A stretch of 63,515 bases of DNA, filler included, from Octopus bimaculoides (taxonomy: Eukaryota): the NCBI RefSeq assembly GCF_001194135.2. It is 4 parts of 4 records of this genome, joined end to end, with 100 filler letters (N's around TTAATTAATTAA, not from the genome) between each part and the next. Parts side by side here need not be neighbours in the genome. Positions count along the whole stretch, not along the records: positions 1 to 25,468 come from NC_068981.1; 3 more parts are not named here. The stretch is one strand, 5' to 3'. The translations under genes were made by a program, and so were the position numbers. Below the pieces are notes generated by a model. It was not told the origin of the DNA and did not search any database. It was given only the letters and a program-made list of their open reading frames with translations. Positions 1 through 12,653 of this stretch are shown one piece after another (the first letter of the stretch is position 1; each line of letters opens with the position of its first letter).

Positions 1-2
1 GT

Positions 3-419
3 ATATCCAGAGTTCATACATCCGGATGCACCACCGACATAGCTCTGCTCTCATCACTCGTGGGAGTGCTGGTCGAGAATGGAGTGAAGCAAGGAGATAC
101 GATCTCTCCAAAACTTTTCACCGCATGTCTCAAGCAGATCATCAGACGTATCGACTGGCAAGGCGGTGTGAACATCAATAGCAACCTACTCACCCACCTC
201 CGTTTCGCTGATGGCATCGTAATCATCGCTGAAACCACGGGTCAGCTTCAGACCATGCTGACGGAGTTCGACATCAAAAGCTCTGCAGTAGGTTTCAAGA
301 TGAACCGCATGAAAACGAAGTTCATGCAGATCGACAACGTACCAACAAGTCGAATTGTGGTCGGCAGTGATGAAATAGAGGAGGTAAAGGAATATGTCTA
401 CTTGGGACAGCGCTGTTAA
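3..419 (+). mobile_element. RTE-clade non-LTR retrotransposon reverse transcriptase fragment
   Basis: Frame open from the window start: ...GVKQGDTISPKLF...LTHLRFADGIVIIA...GFKMNRMKTKFM...EYVYLGQ. These are RTE-type RT motifs; the catalytic FADD reads FADG. Homology stops after YLGQ. Confidence 0.9.
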
Positions 420-702
420 ATGGAGGCCCGACGGCGTGGTGAAATGGTCGCCCGACAGCGGTGTCAAATTGACGCCCGATAGACTGGTCGATGAAGGTGA
501 TCAATGTGATATATGTATATATATATATATATATTCATTTAAAATGCATTTTAAATGAATAATACATAGTCTATTGACTGTTTTTTTACTCTCGCTAGAC
601 CACTGGTGGTAAANNNNNNNNNNNNNNNNNNNNNNNNNNNNNNNNNNNNNNNNNNNNNNNNNNNNNNNNNNNNNNNNNNNNNNNNNNNNNNNNNNNNNNN
701 NN

Positions 703-739
<37 letters not shown>

Positions 740-740
<1 letters not shown>

Positions 741-881
741 GATGGGCTTCTTTCGATTTCCGTTTACCAAATCCACTCACAAGGTTTTGGTCGACGTGAA
801 GCTATAACAGAAGACGCTTACCCGGAGTGGGACTGAAGCCGGAACCTTATGGTTGGGAAGCAAATTTTTTGGCACACAGCC
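740..881 (-). mobile_element. 5' part of octopus tRNA-derived SINE (same family as 6993-7388)
   Basis: Reverse complement matches the head of the 6993 element (ttccgtttaccaaatccactcacaagg...gtgggactgaa...cacacagcc). Confidence 0.8.
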
Positions 882-1847
882 GAGATATTTCTTACCATGA
901 AAAAAGTGGTTCCTTGCGACATAAATAAAGAACGTTCATTCACCAATGCGGTGTTGACCAACTCAACGTAGAACCCTGTCGTTGGAAAGCAAACTTCTGA
1001 TTATATAGTCATGCTCGCGTCTATGAATGAAATATGTGGCCAGTGACACTTAGAAATTGTCTGTGTAATCATGGCTGCACTGGCTGGAGTCAAACTACAA
1101 TAACAATGTCCAAAATTTCTAATGCACTGCTGCTCTATATTCTTATCATTGTGTGTCATTGGGCATTATTCAGTTCTCATTCTAAAGTCACATACAAGAG
1201 AAAATCAAGCAATTCAGAATAATTAGGCTAAGACCCCTGAAAATTTACATTAATTATGGAAATATTTAACATCTAATAAGATGCGTATTTTTGTTGGATT
1301 TAATGCATCAGAAAGTATTAAATTAATTAAGAAAAAACTGGTTGACGATGGTCGTAAAGAATATTCTTCTTGGCTGTTCCATGGTTAGATATTCTACTCG
1401 TTCCATTAGCTTTAGTTATGAATATTTATGTTCGGTAAACGACTCCTACCAAAAGGGCTTCCTTTACAGGTTTTATAAGAATTTAATGCGCAATGTGATA
1501 CAAATGTGCATTCATATTAAAATATCAATATACATCTCTCTGAATGATGCTGTATCAAGTAATTTAAATCAAGAGAATAAATCAAATAGATATCTTAATC
1601 CAAGCATATACCGTGTAAATATAGATGCAAATGTGATATCTTCCCGGATGAATATGAGTTCAGAAAGCAGATGGACACCAATTGTATACCTTATAAAACA
1701 AGCATGAAAAATGGCGTCAAAGTTAATATATTTCGATAGGAAAAAATGTAGTAAAACGAATAGTAAGTGTAATATTAAAAAAATGCTTAGAAACAAAGTC
1801 ATCAGAATTAATTTGTTTTTTTTCCTGTCTATTCAATAACCCACCGT

Positions 1848-1848
<1 letters not shown>

Positions 1849-1942
<94 letters not shown>

Positions 1943-1983
1943 AAGAAGAAGAAGAAGAAGAAGAAGAAGAAGAACAACAACAA
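1849..1983. repeat. compound trinucleotide microsatellite (AAT)n(AAG)n(CAA)n
   Basis: Read directly from the sequence. Confidence 0.97.
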
Positions 1984-2672
1984 TTTTACTTATTTTCCGT
2001 TTATTATTACAATCATTCTCACATGTTAGCGTCATTATAATCGTAATCATCATCATTATCATCATCATCATCATCATCTTCACCATCTCATAGTATTTTG
2101 CCTGCCTTGACTGCGCTGCCGAACGCAGAATATTATGACATATGTATGAGAATTGTATTTTTGTGGATAAAAAAACTGTAACTAAAATGCTCCGCATGAT
2201 ACGTTTGCACTGAGCATCAGTTTTATATTTTATATTGTAAACATTTGCCTGCTTGTCTTTCTACCATCAGATTTTCCCTGTACGTTCAATCCTTACGTAT
2301 GGCTTCAAAATTAAAGAGCATGAAATCGATAGATTAGTTAATACCACATCAAGGGTGCCCAGGGTCCTAAGTTACTCTACGACAATTACATATGTGTAAG
2401 TCTTTATCAACAACGCCGTAGATTCGTCAGTACCATTTTACGTAGTCAAAGCAGAAGGAAGGACGCACAAAATATGTCAGCCTGCGTTAGTCTATACCAA
2501 GAAAAGAAAGTCTTTATCGTGAGTTGTATTCAATCGCCTGTTATTAGACACCATTTCTGCCAGTGAGTACAAATCAGAATGAATAGAACCCACCGTAGTA
2601 AAAGAGTCGTAGTTCGTACGTAGTTCCAGTTATTATCCTAAATTAGCGGCTACAAATAATATGAAAAATATA

Positions 2673-2966
2673 CCGTTGCCAGTGCCGCTGGACTGGCTCC
2701 TGTGCAGGTGGCACGTAAAATACACCATTTTGAGCGTGGCCGTTGCCAGTACCGCCTGACTGGCCTTCGTGCCGGTGGCACGTAAAAGCACCCACTACAT
2801 TCTCGGATTGGTTGGCGTTAGGAAGGGCATCCAGCTATAGAAACTCTGCCAAATCAGATTGGAGCCTGGTGTAGTCATCTGGTTTCACCAGTCCTCAGTC
2901 AAATCGTCCAACCCATGCTAGCATGGAAAGCGGACGTTAAACGACGACGATGATGATGATGATGAT
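2673..2966 (+). mobile_element. interspersed retroposon 3' end (aggaagggcatccagc family) with (GAT)n tail
   Basis: Two internal ccgttgccagt...gtggcacgtaaaa units, then ...ggaaagcggacgttaaacgacgacgatgatgat. A near-identical inverted copy lies at 63263-63492. Confidence 0.85.
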
Positions 2967-5900
2967 TTAGATCTTGAAATCTCTTGATAATCTATAAAAG
3001 ATAATAGCATCAATTCATAAAAGTTGTAGAGATAAGATAGCTTCTGTAAAGCTATACTGATTACAGTTTATGTCAGCATTGTTCTTGGATTATACTATCT
3101 GTACAGGTGTATGACAAAGTATATAGAAAATAATGTACGTTAACAATATTAAGCATGTTTGCGGCCATACCTGGAAGCTAATAAATGTAATATAGCTCTA
3201 TCGTTTCATAAGTTTTGAAATTAAGTTAAGCTTGGTTCGAGGATACTCAGTATAAAGTGGTGTATCATAACGCCCCATATTTGATTCCAATACAATATGT
3301 GTTCATGTTTGATGATAGTATGCCAGATTGATTTGCATCAGTTTATACAGCCACAACAATACACTCAAACACATGCATACATGCATACATGTACACACAC
3401 ACACACAAACACAAACACACACACATGTATATGTGAATATGCGTATATATGTGCTTGTGCGCGTGAATAAGTGTGTGCGTGCACGCGCGTACACAAAATA
3501 AACACCTGTGCCCGAAAATCGAACTTGGTATTTGTACAACAAATAAAGGTTTGAGGGAAAAGTTTCTTCCAGATTTTAATGCTCTCAAGAGATTTTTAAA
3601 ATATATTTAAAAAGCAAAGATCACGTTTGCTTCGTCTTCATTCCTTCAAATACACTCCTGTTCTGGGAAATTTAATTTAATTTAATTTACATTAATGCAC
3701 ACAGGTGCTGATGAAGATTAACAGTATAAAAATTAATAATCATATTATTCGGTTCTTTATTAACCAGAAATCATTCTCTTTCTACATTTACTTCGATTTT
3801 TATCTGTTATTGTTTTGTTTCATAGATTATAATGCATTAATAATATACATGATCTTACTTAAATAAAAAAAAAAGTTATGAAATATTTCCTCAGAATCAA
3901 ATTTCCATTATAGAACTATATTTATAACTTTTCGCAACTGGATGGAAATTTTCCAGTACATACAAGAAGTAGAAATTATCAAATTGAATGACAATGTATT
4001 TGGATTATCCTTTTAATTTATGAATAGCTTTTGTTAATTTTGCCATAACTATATATTATTTTTGCTTTTGATATTTTATACGTTTCCATTTAATCAAAGC
4101 TTATATGCACTTAAGAAGGTGTTTCCATTAGCTAATTAGCTGTTCCAGAGATAACAGAATATATTTCAAAGTACAGTTCATCTCAGTTGTCTGGGTCTTG
4201 GTTCAAACCAACACTAAGGATACTTTTGTAAGCTTTATTCCATCAAATTAATAACGTAAGACTAATCTAAATTATTTGACAGCATGAATAATGAATTAGC
4301 TGAACATACTTTAGAAATGGTTAACTTAAGTCTGTTAGTTTTGTTACAGGTTTCAATTGTTAATAGATGCGAGATCATAACTATCTGAAATATTGCAATA
4401 CACATTTTTTAAGTCACAGGTTTATATCTTGCGCCAAAATAGAATATCCTAAGCCATAGCTAGAAGAAAAAAACAATATCGATAATATTTTCATGCATCA
4501 TATTATGTTTCCTAAATGTACCTGATACATGGTCATCAGCCTACTTCAATTGACCAGTCAACCCTTATTTTATTTTAGATGAAAATTAAGTCCGTGTGTT
4601 GTGACAATTACATATATCTTGGTTTCACATTCAAACTAAATATTGCGGAGTTTCAGCTATTAAGAAAGTTATTAATTGGAGATTACATGTTTACAAACAA
4701 GCTTCAAACTGATAATTACAAATATCCAAAAGGCAATCTCGCTCTCCATCTTAATGTGGAGGTTGTTCTAGAACACAGAATACTGCGTTAGTTATCACGA
4801 GAGCATCTCTCATATGGACTCGTTGTATATAGAGGCACTCCAACCTATAACGTCGAGAGGCAAAAGCCGTCATGTACAGCTGCCGGAATTGCCAGATCAC
4901 GTGACTTCACACCGCTATGGGTTACTTAGTGACACATGTCATGCAGAGACAGAACAGCCCAGCGGCGTCACATGACTTTTAGAGGCCCCCTGCAAATTTT
5001 GTTTCGAGGCCCCCATCTCTTCAATCTAAATTCATAGTCTACGCACCGTTATTATCAGCAAAAATTCAAACATAGTCCATTACAGATTGTTGTATTAAAA
5101 AAAAACTAAGGGTATATCTTTTTTCTACCCCTCTGTACATAGATACACACACATGCATAAACACGCACAAACTTGTGTGTGTGAGTGTGTGCGTGCGTGC
5201 GTGCGTGCGTGCGTACGTGCGTGCATGCGTGTGTGTGTGCAGCGCACGCACGCCATGTTTTTGGTACAGAAAGAATTTTGTCTCCAGTGTTTGTTGCATT
5301 AGGTGGCCAAACGCCACTGTTTTGGGTACAAAGTCACCAGTTTTTCAAAAACGTCACATAACAACGCCATATATATATANNNNNNNNNNNNNNNNNNNNN
5401 NNNNNNNNNNNNNNNNNNNNNNNNNNNNNNNNNNNNNNNNNNNNNNNNNNNNNNNNNNNNNNNNNNNNNNNNNNNNNNNNNNNNNNNNNNNNNNNNNNNN
5501 NNNNNNNNNNNNNNNNNNNNNNNNNNNNNNNNNNNNNNNNNNNNNNNNNNNNNNNNNNNNNNNNNNNNNNNNNNNNNNNNNNNNNNNNNNNNNNNNNNNN
5601 NNNNNNNNNNNNNNNNNNNNNNNNNNNNNNNNNNNNNNNNNNNNNNNNNNNNNNNNNNNNNNNNNNNNNNNNNNNNNNNNNNNNNNNNNNNNNNNNNNNN
5701 NNNNNNNNNNNNNNNNNNNNNNNNNNNNNNNNNNNNNNNNNNNNNNNNNNNNNNNNNNNNNNNNNNNNNNNNNNNNNNNNNNNNNNNNNNNNNNNNNNNN
5801 NNNNNNNNNNNNNNNNNNNNNNNNNNNNNNNNNNNNNNNNNNNNNNNNNNNNNNNNNNNNNNNNNNNNNNNNNNNNNNNNNNNNNNNNNNNNNNNNNNNN

Positions 5901-6992
5901 NNNNNNNNNNNNNNNNNNNNNNNNNNNNNNNNNNNNNNNNNNNNNNNNNNNNNNNNNNNNNNNNNNNNNNNNNNNNNNNNNNNNNNNNNNNNNNNNNNNN
6001 NNNNNNNNNNNNNNNNNNNNNNNNNNNNNNNNNNNNNNNNNNNNNNNNNNNNNNNNNNNNNNNNNNNNNNNNNNNNNNNNNNNNNNNNNNNNNNNNNNNN
6101 NNNNNNNNNNNNNNNNNNNNNNNNNNNNNNNNNNNNNNNNNNNNNNNNNNGTACACCGAAACAGATAAAAGCCAAACGTATACATGTGTGTGTATGTATG
6201 TATGAATGTGCGAACGTATGCTGGTGCGTGTATATTTGTATGTATGTATACGTATACATACGTACAAATATACACATTTCATCATCATTGCTTCTTTTCC
6301 TTGTTTTTTTTCCGTTGAATCTGTTCTTTTTTTCATTGCTTTGTAATAACTTTCGTTTTTTCTTTCATCTCCCTAGGGAATTCGTTGAAAAATTTTTTGG
6401 GGTTTAGTTTTTTTCGTTTCTTCTAAATTTATTTACGGTACATCCTCGTTATCCTTTTCCTCGTCTGACTTGAAATTTTCAGTTAACATCTTAACCAAAG
6501 TAAATAGATGGTTCATCTATGTAGTTTGATTTTAATATGCCCCCCCCCGCCGCCCATCAACCTCGGAGGTCCCCTGCGACCGTTGGAGTTGCAGGAGCTT
6601 AGCAACGGTCCTGTAACAGCCGAATCTCCCGTCGACGATATAAAGATTATCAGAATCTGTTCAGGTATCGGTGTGGTAAATAGCCAACGGGCTAATTAAA
6701 AATAATTAATAACGATAGATGCAGTATTATCTGATGTCCATGTTTGACATGTCACTGATGAGTCTATATGAGAGCAAATATCACATGACATATACATATA
6801 TACATATACATATATACATATAGACATATACGTGCGTGTGTGTGTGTGTCTGGGTGTCTGTTTATATATGTATACATATATCAAGCTTTAGACGCCTCTT
6901 ATGAGAGTCAATAAGAGTAAAAAAATCTGTTAAATTACTTCATCGTGTTTTTGTTTTTATTTACAATAGGAAGAATAGGTAAATTTGACATA

Positions 6993-7152
6993 GGCGCAGG
7001 AGTGGCTGTGTGGTAAGTAGCTTGCTCACATCCCCAGTCCCGGGTTCAGTCCCACTGCTTGGCACCTTGGGCAACTGTCTTCTACTATAGTCTCGGGTCG
7101 ACCAAAGCCTTGTGAGTGGATATCGTAGACGGAATCTGAAAGAAGCCCGTCG

Positions 7153-7183
<31 letters not shown>

Positions 7184-7388
7184 TTGTTCCCCCCAACATC
7201 GCTTGACAACCGATGCTGGTGTGTTTACGTCCCCGTAACTTAGCGGTTCGGCAAAAGGGACCGATCGAATAAGTACCAGGCTTACAAAGAATAAGTCCTG
7301 GGGGTCGATTTGCTCGACTAAAGGCGGTGCTCCAGCATGGCCACAGTCAAATGACTGAAACCAGTAAAAGAGAAAAAGAGAAAGAGAG
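6993..7388 (+). mobile_element. full-length tRNA-derived SINE with internal (TATG)n
   Basis: tRNA-like head (ggcgcaggagtggctgtgtggtaag...gggttcagtccc), central taagtaccag/ggggtcgat block, 3' gactgaaaccagtaaaagag tail. Inverted copy at 48071-48458. Confidence 0.9.
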
Positions 7389-8245
7389 TATATCCGTGTG
7401 TCACTCTATTTGGTTCACACACACATATACACACACACACATACACACACACATGCACACAGGAACACGAGCAAACACACATTTGATTAAAATTATTTCA
7501 TACATACATTGAGAACGCAGGCGAAGTGACCTACATACAACTCTGAGCTGTCTGAACACAGCAAACATTTTTCAATATATTACCGTGTTTTGACGACTCT
7601 CCGGGACAGTCAGTCAAAGTTTCCTTCCACTTTCAACACCTTAATCGATAACCAATTCACACTCCCACTACTAAAGAGTATAGTGAAAATGATGAACTTC
7701 ACAAAATCTCAAACCCCTTCCAATAATTCCCAAAATAATTCTATCGCCTACAATATTAGACCTCTCCCGTTTAGAACTTACGTATTCCCCTGGGATCGAA
7801 AAGAACCCAATCAATATATCGACTTTGATTCAATCGATTATAATCCTTCTTTCAAATTATCGCCTTGTGGTACTACAAGAAATCGTTAGTATTGGAAATA
7901 AACAACGGTGTTTCTGTAGTTACCATTCACAATATTTTTCCATTGATTCCACTACAAGTGCCAACAATAACCATACTATTTCTGCTGCTACTGCGGTTTG
8001 TATGGCGATACGCAACGCTATTAATACTCCTGCAGCATTAAACATTATTGATCACGGCGGCGGTGGCGATGGTGGTGAGGGTGGTGGTGGTGGTGGTGGT
8101 CGTCGTCGTCGCCATCGTCGTGGTGATAATGGTGACGACGATGAGGTCGACGACAGCAATGAAGATCAGGATCACGGGGATCGTGATAAGTCGGGATGAG
8201 GAAGTCGACATCGAAGAGGATAATGTTCATAATAATGATGATGAC

Positions 8246-8276
<31 letters not shown>

Positions 8277-8422
8277 CAGCAGCGGTAGCGGCAGCGGTAG
8301 CGGCAGCGGTAGCGGCAGCGGCAACAGCAGCAGTAGTAGTAGTAGTAGTATTAGCAGTGGCAGCATCATCGGCAGTAGTTGTAGTAGTAGTAGTAGTAGT
8401 GGCAGCAGCATCAGCAGTAGTT

Positions 8423-8483
<61 letters not shown>

Positions 8484-8493
8484 TAGCCGCAGC

Positions 8494-8540
<47 letters not shown>
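8246..8540. repeat. (GTA)n/(GCG-GCA)n trinucleotide array running into a gap
   Basis: Read directly; it produces the poly-V and poly-L pseudo-ORFs. Confidence 0.95.
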
Positions 8541-8815
8541 NNNNNNNNNNNNNNNNNNNNNNNNNNNNNNNNNNNNNNNNNNNNNNNNNNNNNNNNNNNN
8601 NNNNNNNNNNNNNNNNNNNNNNNNNNNNNNNNNNNNNNNNNNNNNNNNNNNNNNNNNNNNNNNNNNNNNNNNNNNNNNNNNNNNNNNNNNNNNNNNNNNN
8701 NNNNNNNNNNNNNNNNNNNNNNNNNNNACGAAGTTTCTGACCACAGAAAATGAATAAGGTTCTCTCACGCTTTTAATGTATTTAGCTGGAAAAAAAAAAC
8801 ATCGATTCACTGAGA

Positions 8816-9515
8816 TTAACCTTGCAGCTTTCTGTAAAATCTATGAAGATTTAAAGTCTGAAATCGACAGGCAAGAGAAAGCAACTCCAGGAAATGTAAA
8901 TTAATTGAAATTTCGGAACGAGATAGAAGTAACAAAAATGTATCGAACTTAAGAATCCTTTTCGGCAAGATATAATATGCTGTTTTGTCAAGATTAGGAG
9001 AATCGATATCCATAAATAGAGGGATTGTAGTGTCATTTATATGTATGTAAAAATATGTTGCTGGGAAAATAACTGAAGAGTACGTAGTGCACACCAATTG
9101 AAATGCTCGTCTCACAATAATATTCGTTATTTGAGATGTAGTGAACGCGATAAAACGCAGTTCGTTAATCTGTAGCATAAACACGGGTTGCATAGAAAAT
9201 ACAGATCAAGTAATTGATCAAAAGCATTTATTAATCTTTTCATCAAATACAGTTCGTCCCATTTGGACATGAAACAGAAAATTCTTATAACAGGTGTTAT
9301 AAACCCCTTTTGGAAAACAACAAACGTTGCTTAAATTGCGATAAACAAATCTGTAAATAAAATGGATGAAACAGGTAATCGAGTGCTACAGCTGCTTCAA
9401 AGCACATACGACGCAGTTTATATAAAGATTGGGAGAGTCTTGTAGCCCTTTGAAATACTATTACACCAGGTACCTACGACTGTTCAGTTGAAAATGATTC
9501 GCTATAATGGAGACT
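8816..9515 (-). pseudogene. decayed tandem PAN/apple-like domain segments (tentative)
   Basis: Acceptor ttattttgcag near 9515. VVCALK[cagc insertion]CST-R-ITCFIHFIY...NVCCF at 9415-9314. [F]QLVCTTYSS[V]...YFY at 9103-9071, inside a 125-codon ORF. Confidence 0.35.
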
Positions 9516-10569
9516 GCAAAATAAAGTTTCATGTCAAAAACGTTTATACTAGTTGATATTGTAGAGATTCCATATGATGCTACTTTTTGACAACCGAACT
9601 GAGGAGGGAACGAGGCTAACCGGATTGGGCTATCAAACGTTATGCCAGTTTTTTTTATAGTTATTACTTCTATTGGGGCTTTCCTAACATGGATTTTGGA
9701 AGTCTAATCATGATTTATAAGCTTTCAAATACACGCACACATACACACGCATATATACCCGGACACACTCACACACACATACACACATATACACAGATAT
9801 GACAGAAGTAAATAGACAACCTTATAATCATTATAATTCATTTAAATCTGAAATGTATTTAAATCTGAAATCCGTTTCTACATCTTGATCATCCACATTC
9901 TTGGGTGAACTGAATATAATTCCATGTATAGGTGTAATAAAGCTGAAACATACACTGTGCTTTCACCATTTCACTTTAGAAAGCTTTTTCTTCCTCTCTC
10001 TCTCTCTTACTCCCCTCTTCTCTCTTCCTCTCTCGTGTGTATTTTCTAAATTTTGCATAACTTCATTTTATAAACTTCAGTTTATTTGTTGTAGTTGCTT
10101 CCCCCTCCCTCTTGCTTTTGTATTGTAAACATTCCTAGAGGGAGATGTTTCTTCTAATTGCTTAAATAATTTCAGTATTCGAACTTTTTCAACTCACAGC
10201 ATTAACTATGTGGGCCTCTACCCCTGAGGTAACATTTCCTTTATAACACGATGGTTATATCAGACGAAATCAATCATTGTTAGTGAAGCATTTCTAATTC
10301 ATATCTCGTGGCAAATATTAAAAGAAAAGAAAAAAAAAATGGTTGTTGTTAATTCAACGTGTCCCTTGCAGTGAACTAAATGAGAACTTTAGTAATTCAA
10401 AATCTAATAAATCAAAACACACGATTTCTACACCAAGGAGTATTTGTAGTTTGATTTGGAGAAATGGTTCCTCCCAAGCGAGTTACTTTGTTTACATCGT
10501 TTCCAAAAGCAAAATCAAAACAAAAAGCAACTCTGTTCCCAGACAGACTTTTGTAGTCAAATATAATTT

Positions 10570-10725
10570 AGTGGCACTGCCGCATTTCTGATGTTTATGA
10601 TGTGCATTTATTGTCATAGATTTGACACATTTTTTCACGGAAACAGTTAAAAGCAACACCAGTTTCGATTCCATTTTACAGAAAATTTTTCCCTCTCTCC
10701 CAATATTTCTGCCATTTCTTTCACT
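10570..10725 (-). pseudogene. decayed Cys-rich (PAN-like) segment
   Basis: KIFCKMESK / frameshift / VAFNCFREKMCQIYDNKCTS*; homologous to 11519-11695. Confidence 0.4.
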
Positions 10726-10785
10726 GTCTGTCACTTACTTTTGGGTTTTCTGTGTCAATATTAAATTTCACTATCATTATATCTT

Positions 10786-10958
10786 TCAGCCAGATGTATT
10801 TATATTACAGCAAATACATTCACACACCACTGCGTCTCCCACTTCCTTCCTGACTGTGTTCACTCCCATAGAATTGCATTTCCGATCGGCAGACAACTCG
10901 CATTGTTTCCTGTCGGCTGTTCTTCCTCTGTGATTCTTTCGCTTCCATCTTTCGTCTG
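10786..10958 (-). CDS. candidate terminal exon encoding a 56-aa six-cysteine peptide
   Basis: Acceptor ctttatctttcag; open phase-1 frame DERWKRKNHRGRTADRKQCELSADRKCNSMGVNTVRKEVGDAVVCECICCNINTSG*. Confidence 0.3.
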
Positions 10959-11080
10959 CTGAAAGATAAAGTCCGAAACACCATGTCTCTTTCCCTTTGT
11001 TTTAAACGTTAAACTAATACATCTTTTTACAACTTTTCCTTCCCCATCTTTCATTGTCTAACTATTGTGCCCATTTCCTA

Positions 11081-11112
<32 letters not shown>

Positions 11113-11518
11113 TATACAAATCTAAAAAGAGGAAAGATGAGAGGAGAGAAAGAAAAGACAGAAACAAGAAGAGAAAACAAAAAAGAAAATAGACAGAGAC
11201 ATACATACCTATATACATACATACAACATACCTGTAATTATTTGGTCCTTGGGATATGTAACACACTGCTAAGTATCAATGTTGAGAAATTAAGCTTTTC
11301 AAAGCCAGAAAGGAGAGAGCTAATTTAAACATTACAGATCCAATCCATCATTGGAACTGTAAACATCTGTAAAACTTTCCAGAAGTTTCTCATTTAAATA
11401 TATGTGAGCATGTCTGGATATATATGAGCATGTCTGGATTTATATGAGCATGAACACGCTTTATTATTTACAATATTGAAATGAACTAGTACTTTCGTGT
11501 GTTCTGCAATCATCGTGT

Positions 11519-11695
11519 TTAGAAAGTGACAGTCGTGTTCCACAATTTACAACTGTGACATTTGTTATTGTAGAACATGACTGGCATTCTTTGGTTCTCC
11601 TCGGATGAGAAAAGCTTCAGCCAAGACCATATGTCTAACAGAAGAAATGACACATAGGCACTTGCAGATCCTAGAGTTGTCCACAGAGTGAGCCA
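11519..11695 (-). pseudogene. decayed Cys-rich (PAN-like) exon
   Basis: Acceptor aacctacag; MCHFFC*TYGLG...TKECQ[5-nt insertion]FYNNKCHSC, with stops and frameshifts. Confidence 0.4.
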
Positions 11696-12385
11696 CTGTA
11701 GGTTTGTTGTAACAGTAATAGTTTGAGCAGTAGTAAGTATTTTAGAACTTATCTTTCTCCATCCTTTATTGCCTAATTCTTGTGTCAATTTCCTAATACA
11801 CACACACACACACACATACACACACATATTAAAGCAAATCTAAAAAACAGGCAAGATTGGAGGAGACAAGGGTATATGCATGTGGGTACACATATACATT
11901 CATACATACACACATACATACACACATACATACATACATGCATACATACATACATACATACATACATAACCGCATACATGCATATACACACCCACACACA
12001 AAATAATAATTCTACTTGTCATTACGTTACTTAGCCGTCGATAACGCTTTCACGAAACTGGGGAAAAAGAAGGAGAAAGAAAAATGTGAGAGAAAAAAAA
12101 AGAGATATAGAAGCATCCATGATGTGAGGTAGAGAGAATGAAATTGTAACACTTTCACGTGATTAATTGAAGAGAAAGAGAGGAGAAAGGAAAAAAGTGA
12201 GAAAAAGGGGATAAGAGGGAACGTAATATTTCTTGCGTGGTTAAAAATGTTAGTTGAAGGTTGTGATTATATAAAAGAAGAGAGTTAAAAATATATGTCG
12301 TTGTACTTGGGGATGGTCATATTGCCATTTTAGCCAATAAAAAATCACACGCACTGTATATTTGGTGTTAAGTTGCTTTAGCTTT

Positions 12386-12653
12386 ATATTACATTAATCC
12401 TATTTCGGCCAGAGTTCTTTCGTCACACTTCTGTGACCTCATCAGTGGTCCTTTGCGTTCTTCTTTCTTATGCACTTACAAAAACATAGACACATTGAAG
12501 GATACGCATGCATAGACACATACAATAGGAATACAAAATGGCTGATAGTTAGCAAGGTGAGACACACATAAGAAAGAAGAAAGCAAAGGACCAGTGATGA
12601 GGTCACAGAAATGTGACGAAAGAACTCTGGCCGAAATAGGATTAATGTAATAT
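12386..12653. mobile_element. MITE-like element with 87-bp terminal inverted repeats
   Basis: 12386-12472 is the reverse complement of 12567-12653 with 3 mismatches; 94-bp spacer. Confidence 0.8.

Noticed and set aside
1342-1720. 121-aa plus ORF, and Cys-spaced minus-strand readings (CALNSYKTCKG; SCLFYKVYNWCPSAF)
   Set aside because: The spacing is off by one or more residues and needs several substitutions, so it was left out of the PAN-like set to limit over-fitting.
3157-3245. 5S rRNA-like words (GCGGCCATACC...AGTTAAGC)
   Set aside because: The intervening and downstream sequence does not fit 5S length or structure; at most a very old fragment.
7590-7889. 99-aa plus-strand ORF, and an 8-nt minus microexon candidate (cccag|GGGAATAC|gtaagt near 7780-7787)
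   Set aside because: No recognisable motif, no ATG start, and too little information to separate either reading from chance.
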